Shown piece after piece: positions 36,570 through 37,671 of a stretch of 37,671 bases of DNA. Source of the DNA: Chloroflexota bacterium. Lineage in GTDB: Bacteria; Chloroflexota; Dehalococcoidia; Lucifugimonadales; JACPCL1. The stretch spans positions 1 to 37,671 of the forward strand of contig JACQOP010000039.1 of assembly GCA_016202485.1 (NCBI GenBank), given 5' to 3'. How positions within the stretch are numbered: position 1 is the first letter of the stretch; every line of letters begins with the position of its first letter. The notes under the pieces are model-generated. The model was not told where the DNA came from. It was given only the letters and a program-made list of their open reading frames with translations, and ran no database searches. The position numbers were made by a program, and so were the translations under genes.

Positions 36570-37671
36570 CTATCCCACATCCGCCGCCATCAGGTCCTGG
36601 TACGTCTCCCGACGGCGGATAAGCCGCGCCTTGCCCCCGCTGACCATCACTACCGCCGGCCTCGGCGCCATGTTGTAGTTGCTGGACATGGGGATGCAGT
36701 ACGCCCCCGCCGCGGGCATCGCTATCAGGTCCCCCGCCTGCGAGGGAGCCAGGGCAACGTCCTTCACCAGGATGTCCCCCGACTCGCAGAACTTGCCCGC
36801 GATGGTCACCACGTCCGTGGCAAGCTGGCCCATGCGGTTCGCCACAAAGGCCTCGTACTGCGCCTCGTACAGCGCAGGCCGGATGTTGTCCCCCATGCCG
36901 CCGTCCACGCTTACGTACGTGCGGACCCCCGGGATCTCCTTGCGCGCCCCAACGGTGTACAGGGCCACGCCGGCTGGCCCCACAATAGAGCGCCCGGGCT
37001 CTATGACGAAGACCGGTTCCTCTGCAAACCCCAGCTCCCGCAGGCCGCCTTTGAATGCCCCCAGCAGCGCCTCCGCATACTGGGCGATGGTCGGCGGGCG
37101 CTGGTCCCGCAAGTAGGCGATGCCAAAGCCGCCCCCTGCGCCAAACTCTGCCAGCTTCAGCCCGTACTCCCGCATCTGCGCCGCAAAGCCCAGGGTAATA
37201 CCGATGGCCTCCTGGTACGGCTCCACCTCATAGAGCTGCGACCCGATGTGGCAGTGCAGCCCCTGCAGCCGCAGTTGCCGCGACCCCAGGGCCTGGCGCA
37301 CCGCCCGCTCGGCGTCCCCCGTAGCGATGGAGAACCCGAACTTGCTGTCCAGGATGCCCGTGGTAATCTTGGCGTGGGTATGGGGGTCCACCCCTGGCGA
37401 TACCCGTATTAGAATGTCCTGGGTCTTCCCCCTCTGAGCTGCCAGCTCCTCCAGCAACCCCAGCTCGTGGAAGCTGTCCACCACAATGCGGCCCATGCCC
37501 CAGTCCAGGGCCTCCTGCAGCTCCTGGGCGCTCTTGTTGTTGCCGTGGAAGTACACCCGCTCCTTGGGCATCCCCCCGGCCCGGGCCAGCGCAAGCTCCC
37601 CACCGGAGACCACGTCCATGCCCAGGCCCTCTTCCGCCAGCAGCTTCGTCAGCGCCAGGTTGGAGAAGGCC
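36570..37671 (-). CDS. lysA: Diaminopimelate decarboxylase, 5' end beyond the window
   Basis: Frame open to the window edge (AFSNL...DVVSGGEL); SKFG, HCHIGSQ, EPGRS, CESGD, GAY and SNYN motifs. Confidence 0.97.
   Translation of the reverse strand, partial: AFSNLALTKLLAEEGLGMDVVSGGELALARAGGMPKERVYFHGNNKSAQELQEALDWGMGRIVVDSFHELGLLEELAAQRGKTQDILIRVSPGVDPHTHAKITTGILDSKFGFSIATGDAERAVRQALGSRQLRLQGLHCHIGSQLYEVEPYQEAIGITLGFAAQMREYGLKLAEFGAGGGFGIAYLRDQRPPTIAQYAEALLGAFKGGLRELGFAEEPVFVIEPGRSIVGPAGVALYTVGARKEIPGVRTYVSVDGGMGDNIRPALYEAQYEAFVANRMGQLATDVVTIAGKFCESGDILVKDVALAPSQAGDLIAMPAAGAYCIPMSSNYNMAPRPAVVMVSGGKARLIRRRETYQDLMAADVG

Overview
A GC-rich bacterial chromosomal window, probably Chloroflexota/Dehalococcoidia-like (inferred from gene order and protein style, not proven). 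Housekeeping genes are acpP, nusB, fabD, rpmF, yceD, tsaD, mtaB, glyA, hpf, holB and a partial lysA. Accessory loci are a TPP-riboswitch-controlled thiZXY-tenA pyrimidine salvage operon, a glucan phosphorylase, a vapB-vapB-vapC toxin-antitoxin locus, egtB-egtD ergothioneine genes with a monothiol redoxin, an orphan glmL and ccdA. The most notable findings are: (1) a voltage-sensor domain (S1-S4) fused to a bestrophin-like four-TM domain instead of a K+ pore; (2) a hidden selenoprotein, a lipoprotein redoxin with an in-frame UGA giving a UxxC motif followed by a SECIS-like hairpin, which the ORF track splits in two; (3) a DUF488-DUF488-dual-OB cassette with a beta-clamp-binding motif, inserted between hpf and glyA; (4) a four-gene signalling operon (adenylate cyclase, UBP zinc finger, receiver-Grx-TrxR without dithiols, cNMP histidine kinase); (5) tandem DinB-like proteins that look circularly permuted. 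I saw no tRNA, rRNA, CRISPR array or transposase. All family calls come from motif recognition by eye; no searches were run.
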